Assembly (NCBI GenBank): GCA_963850305.1
Contig: CAWKKR010000008.1
Span: 1,248,001 to 1,312,000, forward strand
Length of the DNA stretch: 64,000 nucleotides
Direction: 5' to 3'
Source of the DNA: an uncultured delta proteobacterium
GTDB lineage: Bacteria; Myxococcota_A; Polyangia; Polyangiales; Polyangiaceae
Of this stretch, positions 10,701 through 18,820 are shown in pieces (within the stretch, counting starts at the first letter, position 1; each line of letters opens with the position of its first letter). The notes beneath the pieces were generated by a model. It was not told where the DNA came from and did not search any database. It worked only from the letters and a program-made list of their open reading frames with translations. Position numbers and translations under genes: made by a program.

Positions 10701-11413
10701 GTGGTCGTGACGACCTGGAGCAGCGTCGGCTCGGGCACTCGCCGGTAGAGACGCAAGAGGAGCGACAGCGACGCGCACGGCGGAAATTTCGGTGCCTCGC
10801 CGAAGCCCCCATATTCCGGATCGAACGCGCTCACGAGCTGCGACGCGGCCGCTTCGATCGCCTCTTCACCGACAGTGCCCGCGGCCGTCGCTTCCGATTG
10901 TCCGCGCACGTGGCCAGCGAGCTCCGACGCTTGCGCGACGAGCTCCGCGCGCTTCGTCTCCCAGAGCTCCGCGATGCGCGCGAGCAACGACTTGAAGCCC
11001 GGGCGACCCTGATGATCGTCCGGCGGGAAATACGTGCCGGCGTAAAACGGTTCCTGCTCCGGCGTGAGAAAGACGGTCATGGGCCAGCCGCCGTGACCCG
11101 TCATGGCCACCGTTGCGGCCATGTAGACGTCGTCGAGATCCGGTCGTTCTTCGCGGTCGACCTTGATGCACACGAAATGCGCGTTCATCACGTCCGCGAC
11201 GGCCGCGTTCTCGAACGACTCGCGCTCCATCACGTGGCACCAGTGACAAGCCGCGTAGCCGATGCTGAGCAGGATCGGCTTGTTCTCCCGCCGCGCGCGC
11301 TCGAGCGCTTCGGGCCCCCACGGATACCAATCGACCGGATTCTTCGCGTGCTGGAGGAGATACGGGCTCGTCTCGTGAGCCAGGCGATTTGCACGGTGCG
11401 ACGGGTCCGTCAT
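7781..11413 (-). CDS. YyaL/SSP411-like thioredoxin-domain protein fused to a C-terminal aldo/keto reductase
   Basis: [29 protein letters not shown] and [11 protein letters not shown], then AKR motifs [22 protein letters not shown] and LLHNPE. Confidence 0.9.
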   Translation of the reverse strand: MTDPSHRANRLAHETSPYLLQHAKNPVDWYPWGPEALERARRENKPILLSIGYAACHWCHVMERESFENAAVADVMNAHFVCIKVDREERPDLDDVYMAATVAMTGHGGWPMTVFLTPEQEPFYAGTYFPPDDHQGRPGFKSLLARIAELWETKRAELVAQASELAGHVRGQSEATAAGTVGEEAIEAAASQLVSAFDPEYGGFGEAPKFPPCASLSLLLRLYRRVPEPTLLQVVTTTLDRMKNGGIYDHLGGGFARYSVDAKWLVPHFEKMLYDNAQLARVYLEAYQVTGDAEYRRVATETLDYVAREMQNPEGGYFSATDADSEGVEGKFFIWTPDQIEEVVGRPAAEWFCTYYDVSPEGNWEETNILNTPRSMESVAADLGVAIDELRRSLASSRAELYAARLRRVPPLTDDKVLAAWNGLMIGAMAEGARVLREPRYLASAERAARFVLGELARPDGGLYRTARAGKAHLDAYLEDYAFVADGLLDLYEAFGAESFLTDAARLAERMIADFADAEGGGLFQTAKGHETLIARSRDGHDGAIPNANAISARALARLAFILGREDFREQSLAAVRAYARHIERAPRAFATTLGVVDFLLEGPVELAFIGEPSPDLDALAAEVARHYLPNRVVAHAADSSKSELALLAGKTSIDGKPALYVCRDFACQAPVTRAEDVARALGDAANTLAAERRRAVGASALPGSATSGATRAYAARFEPTLGGESYTELGTTGLVVSRAGFGTYRVDDRVEEHREALAHALVSGINLIDTSTNYGDGHAESLIGEVMAELDCSGAVPRAAVVIVSKIGYAQGENLERAEAREQAEEPFPEMVKYGEGLWHCVHPEWLEAQLGDSLGRLGLETLDVCLLHNPEYFLGDAAKRRVPLAEARGEYYRRITEAFRHFEKEVARGRLRFYGVSSNAAVEPAGDPEATSLERLLVAARDAGGDAHHFRVLQLPMNLLEGGAALERNTGEGLTPLEHARRMGVAVLVNRPLNAIVDGKLVRLADPPSYEDAPSFAEQLEKVKKLEAEFVATLAPSIQLPPESNLRAASLLQWAAQLGNVAANLEGLEQWRDMESRAVAPRVMQTIAGLDRIVPGPLRERWTAFQERYLAELDGLFASLRKRGADRSRRRSLAIARAIDPTLPDALRAASLSQKALLAAVSTPGVTSVLVGARERPYVDDVVAALSRRATVPNATAVFIAGKTVDLP

Positions 11414-11439
11414 GCGCCGAGCCGTACGGCGGGGGCAGG

Positions 11440-11568
11440 GTTGCGGCAAGCGGACCCCGCGCGGTTTCGCGGACTGGTCTGAAAAGCATGCAACTCGTCG
11501 GTTCCAACGGCCCCGTGGATCGAAGGACTCGTCCGGCCCATCATCTTCACGAAACCGTGCTCCAGCGC
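11440..11568 (+). pseudogene. Integron-integrase (IntI) relic
   Basis: [18 protein letters not shown] at 11515-11568 matches the IntI-specific insertion (..RRHHLHE(T/S)VLQR); a degenerate DW...ATRRF lies upstream in another frame; it sits directly before the attC array. Confidence 0.55.
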
Positions 11569-11686
11569 TGGAGTGCTTCCGCGCCGAAGCGACGAAGATT
11601 TCACGGAAACCGTCGACCGCCGGACCCCGGAACTTGGGCGTCAAAGTGGACGGCGCCTCGCGGCACAAGTAGGAGTTAGCCAGTCC

Positions 11687-12025
11687 TCAGTCCGCGATAA
11701 GCTCGTTGAGGCCGTCGACCACCTTCGCCACTTCGTCGTCCGGAGCGCGAGCAATACGCTTCCCGATCCGATCGGTCGAGAGTGTCCTTACCTGACTGAT
11801 CTTGAACCACGACCTCTTCGCGAGACCGGGCGCGTGCGACTCTAGCGTGAGGGGAAAACCCGCGCGCGGTTCCTGGCTTGTCATCGCGATGGCGATGACC
11901 GTCCCCGAGCGTTCGTTGAAGACATTCTGGCTGATGACCAGTACCGGCCGATGACCTGCTTGCTCGCGGCCTCTCACCGGATTCAAGTCTGCCCAGCGAA
12001 CATCACCCCTCAGTATTCGGGCCAT
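11687..12025 (-). CDS. mazF: Type II TA toxin, PemK/MazF family endoribonuclease
   Basis: RGDVRWADLNPVRGREQAGHRPVLVIS; SQVRTLSTDRI. Confidence 0.92.
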   Translation of the reverse strand: MARILRGDVRWADLNPVRGREQAGHRPVLVISQNVFNERSGTVIAIAMTSQEPRAGFPLTLESHAPGLAKRSWFKISQVRTLSTDRIGKRIARAPDDEVAKVVDGLNELIAD

Positions 12026-12252
12026 GACTCGTGATCCACCGCGAGCCCCTCGTCAGCGAGGGCACGTTCTTCCTTCGGATTCAGCTTCGCGCATTCTCGA
12101 GCCAGACGACCACGCTCGAGCCGATCGAGCTTCTCGGCAAGCGCGATCTCGATCGCTTGGCTGCGATTAGGGAACCGATCAGCCTTCACCAGCCGATCGA
12201 CGCGGTCGATGAGCCCGCTGTCGAGCGTGACTGCGACTTTCCCCTTTGCCAT
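12010..12252 (-). CDS. Ribbon-helix-helix (CopG-like) antitoxin
   Basis: KVAVTLD...FPNRSQAIE RHH motif; overlaps the toxin start. Confidence 0.88.
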   Translation of the reverse strand: MAKGKVAVTLDSGLIDRVDRLVKADRFPNRSQAIEIALAEKLDRLERGRLARECAKLNPKEERALADEGLAVDHESWPEY

Positions 12253-12287
12253 GGTAGGATAATATATCATACCAGCGTGCCGCGCAA
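12253..12287 (-). promoter_or_regulatory. Sigma70-type promoter and operator of the MazF TA cassette (leaderless)
   Basis: TTGCGC-17 bp-TATTAT-6 bp-ATG; overlapping inverted repeat GGTAGGATA-n3-TATCATACC at 12253-12273. Confidence 0.7.
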
Positions 12288-12290
12288 CGG

Positions 12291-12454
12291 CTGGCTAACT
12301 ATAACTAGGCGTTGAACCTGACGGGCGCTCCTCCCGACCTGCAGGCCCTCGCGGGGGTTCCTCTTCGGGTCCCCCGCTCGCGATGCCGCGTGTTGATCGT
12401 CGTCTTCCCAGTCGCGTTTGCGCCCGCAGGTTATAGCGCCGGTACGTTAGCCGG
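12291..12454 (+). repeat. attC site 1
   Basis: GGCTAAC..TAACTAGGCGTTGAACCTGACGGGCGC ... GCGCCCGCAGGTTATAGCGCCGGTACGTTAGCC; imperfect palindrome with extrahelical bases. Confidence 0.85.
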
Positions 12455-12779
12455 ACGCCGCCTTCCTCCGATGAGTAAGCGCGGATGCGATCTCCCGACG
12501 GGACGCGCCTGCCGCGAGTAGGCCTTGCATCAGAAGATCGAGCGACACGCCGGGATCGCCTGCCTCCATTTTCGCGACACGCGATTGGCTTGACCCCATC
12601 CGTTCGGCCAAATCCGTTTGGCTCAACCGTCGACGCTCTCTCGTCTTTCTCAGGCGTGAGCTCAGTGCGAGTTTCATTTCCACGAGCTCCGCCTCGACGG
12701 AGGACAGCTCGAGAAACTCCGCCGCGGTTCCGATCTTCCAACCTGACGCTTCCAACCGCTTCCGTTTTGCTTTCTCCAT
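12447..12779 (-). CDS. XRE-family HTH antitoxin (HigA-like)
   Basis: LSQTDLAERMGSSQSRVAKMEAG HTH; the TAA stop lies inside the attC core site. Confidence 0.88.
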   Translation of the reverse strand: MEKAKRKRLEASGWKIGTAAEFLELSSVEAELVEMKLALSSRLRKTRERRRLSQTDLAERMGSSQSRVAKMEAGDPGVSLDLLMQGLLAAGASRREIASALTHRRKAASG

Positions 12780-13126
12780 CACCGTCCTCCATGCGAACTG
12801 TCGTCGTAACGACGTAGCCGCTTGCGACTGCTCTCGATCACCGACTTCGGCGTGGTCTGCGTGGTCTTCGCGAAGACTTCTGCGATGACGATCGCGTCCG
12901 CGTCGATTCGGTAGATGATTCGCCACGTCCTGTCTTTGTCTTGGAGCCTCAGCTCGTGACAATGAGCGCCGATTGTCGGCATCGGTCGAGAATGCGGCAT
13001 CGCGAGAACGTGGCCTGCCTGCAACTTCCTCAATAGAAACCCCGCTTCGATGCGAGCCTCTGCCGAGAACGGAGGCGTTTTCACTTCTCCGCTGAGCCAG
13101 ACCAGCGGTTTGTCCCGCGGCGACAT
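12779..13126 (-). CDS. RelE/ParE-superfamily toxin (HigB/Gp49-like)
   Basis: KPLVWLSGEVKTPPFS...HSRPMPTIG..CHELR...WRIIYRID; toxin-first order, coupled to the HTH gene. Confidence 0.88.
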   Translation of the reverse strand: MSPRDKPLVWLSGEVKTPPFSAEARIEAGFLLRKLQAGHVLAMPHSRPMPTIGAHCHELRLQDKDRTWRIIYRIDADAIVIAEVFAKTTQTTPKSVIESSRKRLRRYDDSSHGGR

Positions 13127-13161
13127 CGGGCGATCATATGTCCGTTTCGACATACTTGCAA
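13127..13161 (-). promoter_or_regulatory. Sigma70-type promoter and operator of the HigBA-like cassette (leaderless)
   Basis: TTGCAA-17 bp-TATGAT-6 bp-ATG; inverted repeat TATGTC-n6-GACATA lies mostly in the spacer. Confidence 0.75.
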
Positions 13162-13164
13162 GCG

Positions 13165-13326
13165 CCGGCTAACTAAACTTAAACTAGGCGTTGAACCTGA
13201 CGGGCGCTACTTCCGTTCTGCAAGCCCTCGCGGCTCCCTTTCGGTCGCCCGCTCGCGATCGCGCCTCTGCGTCCTCGTCCTCCGCATCACGTTTGCCGCC
13301 GCAGGTTAGCGCCGGTACGCTCGGAC
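13165..13326 (+). repeat. attC site 2 (right core mutated GTT to GCT)
   Basis: Homologous to attC1: AACTAGGCGTTGAACCTGACGGGCGC ... CCGCAGGTTAGCGCCGGTACGCTCGG. Confidence 0.8.
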
Positions 13327-13330
13327 CTCG

Positions 13331-14260
13331 TTGCACGCGCTTTTCGAAAAGCTGGACCGTGGGCTGACCGGGATTCGTCTCTATGGAATCGCGCCGCCGA
13401 GGCGAGCGACGGAGCCCGAGCGCCTGCGCGAGATCGCGGCTCACCAGGTAGCCCGGGTTCGCATGCTCGCGCCTGACGGCTTGGTCGTGTACGACATCCA
13501 GGACGAGCCGGGACGAAGCGGCCAGGCACGACCGTTTCCCTTTCTGCCCATCGTCGATCCAGAAACTTACGCGTACGATGGGCTTGCCGATCTCGCGATT
13601 CCGAAGATCGTGTACCGGTGCGTAGGCGCACGTCCGCGCGAGGTGTTCTCGAGCTGGATCGATACCGTGCGGGCCACTGCCGACCGGCGTCTGAGCGTGT
13701 TCGTCGGCGCACCGCGCGGTCAGCCCGGAAGCCCGGGTTTGCGGCTGGGTGAAGCGTACGCACTCGCGGGCGCCGCTCAGAACCTGGTCCTGGGAGCAAT
13801 CGCGATCGCGGAGCGGCACGTCGTGAAAGAGGATGAACACCAACGTATGCTTGCCAAGCAAAAGAGCGGCTGTCGCTTTTTCGTCACGCAATCCGTCTAC
13901 GATGCGGCTTCCACGAAGTCATTGCTCTCCGACTACGCATTGTCACTGCAGGCCGCCGCCCGAGCGGCCGCGCCTGTAGTGCTGACGTTCTCCCCGTGCG
14001 GTTCGGTGCGTACGCTCGAGTTCATGAAATGGCTTGGCATTTCGTTCCCGCGGTGGCTGGAAAACGAGTTGCGCCATTCTGCCGACACGCTGGAGCGCTC
14101 CGTCGACCTGTGCGAGCGCGTCTTCACCGAAGTGCAGGACTACGCGCGAGAGAAGCGCCTGCCGATCGGCATCAACGTGGAGAGCGTCTCCATTCGAAAA
14201 GCGGAGATCGACGCATCGGTGGAGCTCTATCGGCGATTGAGCTCGCGCCTTGAACCGTAG
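13331..14260 (+). CDS. Methylenetetrahydrofolate-reductase-like protein (cassette-borne)
   Basis: LYGIAPP, VVYDIQDE, RPFPFLP and GCRFFVTQSVYD; the TTG start is uncertain. Confidence 0.7.
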   Translation: MHALFEKLDRGLTGIRLYGIAPPRRATEPERLREIAAHQVARVRMLAPDGLVVYDIQDEPGRSGQARPFPFLPIVDPETYAYDGLADLAIPKIVYRCVGARPREVFSSWIDTVRATADRRLSVFVGAPRGQPGSPGLRLGEAYALAGAAQNLVLGAIAIAERHVVKEDEHQRMLAKQKSGCRFFVTQSVYDAASTKSLLSDYALSLQAAARAAAPVVLTFSPCGSVRTLEFMKWLGISFPRWLENELRHSADTLERSVDLCERVFTEVQDYAREKRLPIGINVESVSIRKAEIDASVELYRRLSSRLEP

Positions 14261-14279
14261 GTAGGCGGCGTTCGCTGCC

Positions 14280-14416
14280 GCCCAACTCCGCGTTGCAGCT
14301 GACGAGCCCCTCGCTTGCTGTTTCGCGGTCCGTTGGATCTGGCGTTCCGAAACACGATCGCGCCGCCGCCTTCCTTCGTCTCGAGGACCTCTACGAACTG
14401 AAAACGGAATCCGCGA
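14280..14416 (+). repeat. Degenerate attC site 3
   Basis: GCCCAACTCCGCGTTGCAGCTGACGAG left arm just after the ORF stop; right arm eroded (GAACTGAAAACGGAATCCG). Confidence 0.55.
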
Positions 14417-14417
14417 A

Positions 14418-15095
14418 TCACTTCTTCCACAGCCGAAAGCCGCCCGTGAAGGCGCTCGCATTGTTTCCGAGGCGCACTCCCTCCGGCAGGGCGCCGAGCT
14501 CTTTCGCATTGCCGCCGCCCATCACGACGTATTCCGGCTCGAGAGCCCGTTGAAGGAGCCCCACGACGCGCCACACGTGCTTGTGCCATTTGCGCCTGCC
14601 GAGACGCTCCAGGCCGGCGGCGCCCACGTATTCCTCGTAGGTGCGTCCGTGTCGATACGGCAGGTGCGCCAGCTCCATCGGTAGCACCGTGCCATCGATG
14701 ATCAGCGTCGCCCCGAGGCCCGTTCCGAGACCCAGGAACAACATGCGTCCACCCTCGTAGATGCCGAACGCCTGCATCGCCGCGTCGTTGATGAGCTTCG
14801 TCGGGACGCCGAACGCCTTGTGAAAGTCGAAGTCGACCCATCCAGGACCCAGGTTGCGCGGATCGGCCGCGATGCGACCCCGGATCACGAGCCCGGGGTA
14901 TCCGATGGAGATGGCGTCGTAGGTCCAGCCCTCGGCGAGCTTCTTGACGTTCTCGACCATCACCCTCGGCGTCAGCGTCGGGCCGGAGTCGAACTCCCGA
15001 CGTTCGCGTTCGCCGGAGAGAAGGATCTTCACGTGCGTGCCGCCGACGTCGACGGCGAGGACGGACGAGGGTTCCGTCGATCTCTTCTGGGCCAT
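14418..15095 (-). CDS. ROK-family / polyphosphate glucokinase-like sugar kinase
   Basis: VDVGGTHVK, INDAAMQA, LGLGTGLG and MELAHL. Confidence 0.85.
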   Translation of the reverse strand: MAQKRSTEPSSVLAVDVGGTHVKILLSGERERREFDSGPTLTPRVMVENVKKLAEGWTYDAISIGYPGLVIRGRIAADPRNLGPGWVDFDFHKAFGVPTKLINDAAMQAFGIYEGGRMLFLGLGTGLGATLIIDGTVLPMELAHLPYRHGRTYEEYVGAAGLERLGRRKWHKHVWRVVGLLQRALEPEYVVMGGGNAKELGALPEGVRLGNNASAFTGGFRLWKK

Positions 15096-15240
15096 TGTCC
15101 TACGAAGGATAACCCAGATGCGGGTTGCCCGGTGGCGTTCGGCCCGCTACTTGCTTCCCCGAGCGCGCTCGAGATCGGCCTTCGTCATCGGTCCCCGGAG
15201 CCACGAGATGGGGTTTCGCTGTAGCCTCGCTGGCAACCCC

Positions 15241-15873
15241 ATGGGCCTCTACGAACGTTTCGTGCTTCCGCGCGTCCTGGACCTGGCGATGGGATTGAAG
15301 CTCGTGACCGAGGAGCGGCAGAAGTGTCTCGCCGACGTGCGCGGAACGGTGCTCGAGGTCGGGTTCGGTTCGGGGCGAAATCTGCCGTGGTATCCGCGGG
15401 CGGTGGAGAAGGTGGTGGCGGTGGATCCGTCGACCGAGATCGCGAAGCTCGCACGGAAGCGGATCGCGGAGTCACCCTTTCCGGTCGAGTATGCTCCGCT
15501 GGCAGGCGAGAACATCGACGCGCCCGACGCGAGCTTCGATTCCGTGGTGTCGACGTTCACGCTGTGTACGATCCCCGATCCTGCGGCGGCACTGAAGCAG
15601 ATGCTTCGCGTCCTGAAGCCCGACGGCAAGCTGTTCCTGGTCGAGCACGGTCGCGCGAAGGAAGTGAAGGTGCAGGTCTGGCAAGATCGGTTGAACGGGC
15701 TCCAGCAAACTGTGTTCGGCGGCTGCAACCTGAACCGTGACGTGGCGCGACTGGTCGAAGACGCGGGGTTCGAGTTCGAGCGGGTCGAGCAGTATTACAT
15801 GAGCGGCCCGCCCAAGGTGGCCGCCTTCGTCACTCGCGGCGTGGCGCGGCGCGCGGCGGTTCGGGCCCGATAG
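15241..15873 (+). CDS. Class I SAM-dependent methyltransferase
   Basis: VLEVGFGSGRNL, FDSVVSTFTLCTI and RVLKPDG. Confidence 0.9.
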   Translation: MGLYERFVLPRVLDLAMGLKLVTEERQKCLADVRGTVLEVGFGSGRNLPWYPRAVEKVVAVDPSTEIAKLARKRIAESPFPVEYAPLAGENIDAPDASFDSVVSTFTLCTIPDPAAALKQMLRVLKPDGKLFLVEHGRAKEVKVQVWQDRLNGLQQTVFGGCNLNRDVARLVEDAGFEFERVEQYYMSGPPKVAAFVTRGVARRAAVRAR

Positions 15874-15894
15874 CGTCGCGCCGGTCGAGCCCCG

Positions 15895-17278
15895 TCAAAC
15901 CGCTCTCGTCAGGACGAACACGTGTTCCCGGCGCGGACGGTGTTTGAACGCGTCGCGACTCGGTTCGTGAAAATGTGGCCTTCTTTGCGACGCGAAGGCG
16001 GCGATCTCGAGCCCGGCGTCGCGCGCTAGACGTGGCAAGACGTCGTCCGCATACAAGGGTCCTCGTTGCACCACGGAATCCGCCAGGATGAGCACGGCCG
16101 CTCCATCCGGCGCCAGGGTTCGGCGGATCGCGCGCAAGCTCTCGGTGAAGTCCGCTTCCCACTCGCGAATGCCGAGGTCGCGCGCCGTGGCTCGGAGCTG
16201 CCGTCGCGCGCCGATCTCGCGGCGTTCGAACGTGCGAGCGTCGAGGCCAAGCCAGCGAAGTCGGGCTGCGTGATGACGGGCATAATCGTAGACCCCCGGA
16301 TACGGCGGCGAGGTGACGACGAGATTCGACGGACGCGTCGCGTACCGACGACAGCACGCGCGCGTCGTCCACGTCGACGCGACACGCGGGGGCGTCCGCG
16401 GGCAGGAGCGCCGCAAACTGCCCGAGCCGTTCGGCGAGCTCTTCGGTCTTGGCCGAAAATAGGCGAATCGCGAACCCGCTCGCGAGCCGGCGCGACGCGA
16501 CGCGTTCGACCGTGTCGCCGGGCTGTCGGCTCACCTTCACGAGAATCGACGAGAATACGAGCTTCAGTGCTTCCTTCGCGAAGCCGTCGGGTTCGAGCGA
16601 GACGCCTGCCTTGATTCCGTCGAGCTCGAGGAGCATGTGGACGTCGAAGAGCTCGAGGTCTTCCTTTCCATACCGGGTGGTTGGTCCGGATTTGTTCAGA
16701 CGTCGCTCATCCGCGTACTCGGCAGCGCGACGTCCCGCCTCGACCAGCATGCGGCGCTCGAGTTCCGTCGTGCCTCGCGTCTTCAGATGGGCAAGCTCGA
16801 CGGAGAGCGGATTCAGGTCCGTACCCGAAGCGCGCCGTTCCAGCAGCCGCGCTTCCACGAGCACGGTGCCACTCCCCATGAACGGATCGAAAACGACTTC
16901 GCCCTTGGCGCTCAATCGTTCGACGAGGCGCCGCGCCGTCAACGGATGGAGGCGCGCGGCATAGCTATGGAAACCGTGGACGTGTTCGCGACTGGAGTCG
17001 TCCTCCCGCGGCACGTCGAGCGCCGCCGCGAGCGCGGCACCGAGTCCTTCGTCACCCCCCCGAAGCTCGACGCGTCCGCCGACGTGGCTCAGGGAGCGGC
17101 GTTCGCGTCGCTCGGGTGGCGGCCCTTCTTCGGCCTGCGCCTCCGCCTGTTCGCGCGCGAACGCACGTCGATCGCGCCGCAGGTGCACGACCGGCTCCGG
17201 GCGCGTGCGTCGCGCAGCGCGCGGGGACGGCTTCTTCTTCACGGCCACGCGTGTACTGCCCGGCGCGGGTTCTGCCAA
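15895..17278 (-). CDS. Amino (N4C/N6A-type) DNA/RNA methyltransferase, one +1 frameshift near 16326
   Basis: HGFHSYAA and DPFMGSGT in one frame, VVTSPPY in the next; start uncertain. Confidence 0.7.
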
Positions 17279-17320
17279 GAGACTCGGTGTTCGCGAGATC
17301 CTGGGAGCAGCGCTCCGACG

Positions 17321-18793
17321 TCACTTGCACTGGACCGTCGAGAAATCGATCTGATAGATGTGAACGCCGTTCGCGCCAAAGTCGTCGGAGAACGTGCCGG
17401 CTTTGACGTCCACGGTTCGGCTCTCGCCCAGCACGGTCGCGGTGCCGTCGCCGCTCATGCCCTGAATGGAGAACGTCCCGGTCGTCGTTCCGGAGCGGGA
17501 CACTGCCGCAAAAACGTAGATCGACGTGCCGCGGCCTTTGACCATCGAGTCGATGGGCGTCGACGACTTCGAGCTCGTGACGGTGACCAGGTTCGGCAGG
17601 TTCGCGCTGTTCAGCTCGGGCGCGAGATCGGTGATCTGCTGGTCGAGCGCGGTCACCGCGGTCACCATCGCGGGGTCCGCGAAAATGCCGTCTTCACGGA
17701 ACGAGGGCTGCCAGGTATCGAGGAAGTACGCGAACCCGTTCGCCCCGTGGATGAGCGAGAGCCACGTCTCCGATCGGGTCTGCGCCGGAGTGGGCCCCGT
17801 CGTGGTGTTCGCGGCGATGACGGTGGTCTCGATGTCCGTCCACACCGCCTGGTTGCGGTTGGACCACTGGTGCAGTCGATCGACGCCGAGCGCGTTCAAC
17901 CAGAACTGCCCGCACGTCTCTTGCTCGTTCGCGTCGCCTCCACAATTGTTGTAGGGATAGATGTCGAAGTCGATGATGTCGCTCGCCGGGACGTACCCGG
18001 ACTCCGCGGGTGCGTTGCTTCCGCGACCTTCCCAGTCGTCGAATGCCACCCCTTGGCCCAAACCCAAATAGATCGGACGAGTCGAGTCCGCCGCTTTGTA
18101 GGCATCGTATTGCGTGACGAGCGTCGCGGGATCGACCGGGGGTCCGTAGCCACCGCCGGCCGCGGGTTGCGCGTTGTCTGGTTCGTCGGGAGTCATCCAC
18201 CATCCGACGATGGTCGGGTCGTCGATACTGGCGAGCCCGACCGAATCCTGCCCGACGATCGCATACATGCCGAGCTTCTTGATCGTGGCCAGGTCGCTCG
18301 CCGCCATCTCGTCCGTGCCGGCGTTGTTGCCGACGTAGATATTGATGCCGAGGTCGTGCAATTCATCCGCGTGCCAGGAGCCCTGGAGCCACACTGCGAT
18401 CGGGAAAAAGCTCGGGTCCGTCGGGATCCCGCGAGACCACTTCGCGTAAGGGCTCGTCCACGCTGGCTTCGGGATCGGCGGAACGCACGTCGACACGGGC
18501 GCCGCGTCCCCGGGATTCGACGTTCCACCACTTCCCGCGCCGCCGCTCGAGCCCGCGTCGCAGTCGTTCCCGACGCAGGAGGCAGCACCGCCGTTCGTTC
18601 CCGAAGACGACCCGCCTGTCGCGGCGCCTCCCGCTGAGGCTGTCGCTCCTCCCGTCCCCGCACCGCCATTCGACGCGCAACCGTTGCTCGCGTCACAGCC
18701 GCCTCGCGCCGTCGATCCGCCGCCGTTCGAAGAGCACCCCGCAACCAGCGAGAGAAATGCGACAAGCCCGATGGTCCCACGTGTCGTCTGCAT
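17321..18793 (-). CDS. Lipoprotein with Gly/Ser linker and a putative glycoside-hydrolase TIM barrel (beta-galactosidase-like)
   Basis: Lipobox LVAGC; FFPIAVWLQ, PDEPDNAQ, FDIYP, DIETT and SLIHGANG. Confidence 0.6.
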   Translation of the reverse strand: MQTTRGTIGLVAFLSLVAGCSSNGGGSTARGGCDASNGCASNGGAGTGGATASAGGAATGGSSSGTNGGAASCVGNDCDAGSSGGAGSGGTSNPGDAAPVSTCVPPIPKPAWTSPYAKWSRGIPTDPSFFPIAVWLQGSWHADELHDLGINIYVGNNAGTDEMAASDLATIKKLGMYAIVGQDSVGLASIDDPTIVGWWMTPDEPDNAQPAAGGGYGPPVDPATLVTQYDAYKAADSTRPIYLGLGQGVAFDDWEGRGSNAPAESGYVPASDIIDFDIYPYNNCGGDANEQETCGQFWLNALGVDRLHQWSNRNQAVWTDIETTVIAANTTTGPTPAQTRSETWLSLIHGANGFAYFLDTWQPSFREDGIFADPAMVTAVTALDQQITDLAPELNSANLPNLVTVTSSKSSTPIDSMVKGRGTSIYVFAAVSRSGTTTGTFSIQGMSGDGTATVLGESRTVDVKAGTFSDDFGANGVHIYQIDFSTVQCK

Positions 18794-18820
18794 TCGAACC
18801 TCCTCGTCGCCGTGCGTTGC

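Larger units (their letters stand above)
11675..14416 (+). mobile_element. Integron gene-cassette array (decayed integron / CALIN), 3 cassettes
   Basis: Core GTTAGCCAG at 11675 pairs with inverse core CTGGCTAAC at 12291; GTTAGCCGG at 12446 pairs with CCGGCTAAC at 13165; three attC-like palindromes. Confidence 0.8.

Noticed and set aside
14418..15873. Further integron cassettes (ROK kinase, SAM methyltransferase)
   Set aside because: No attC-like palindrome or core sites found after 14416
15241..17278. Restriction-modification or other defence system
   Set aside because: No endonuclease, specificity subunit or helicase is adjacent; the neighbouring methyltransferase is a small-molecule type
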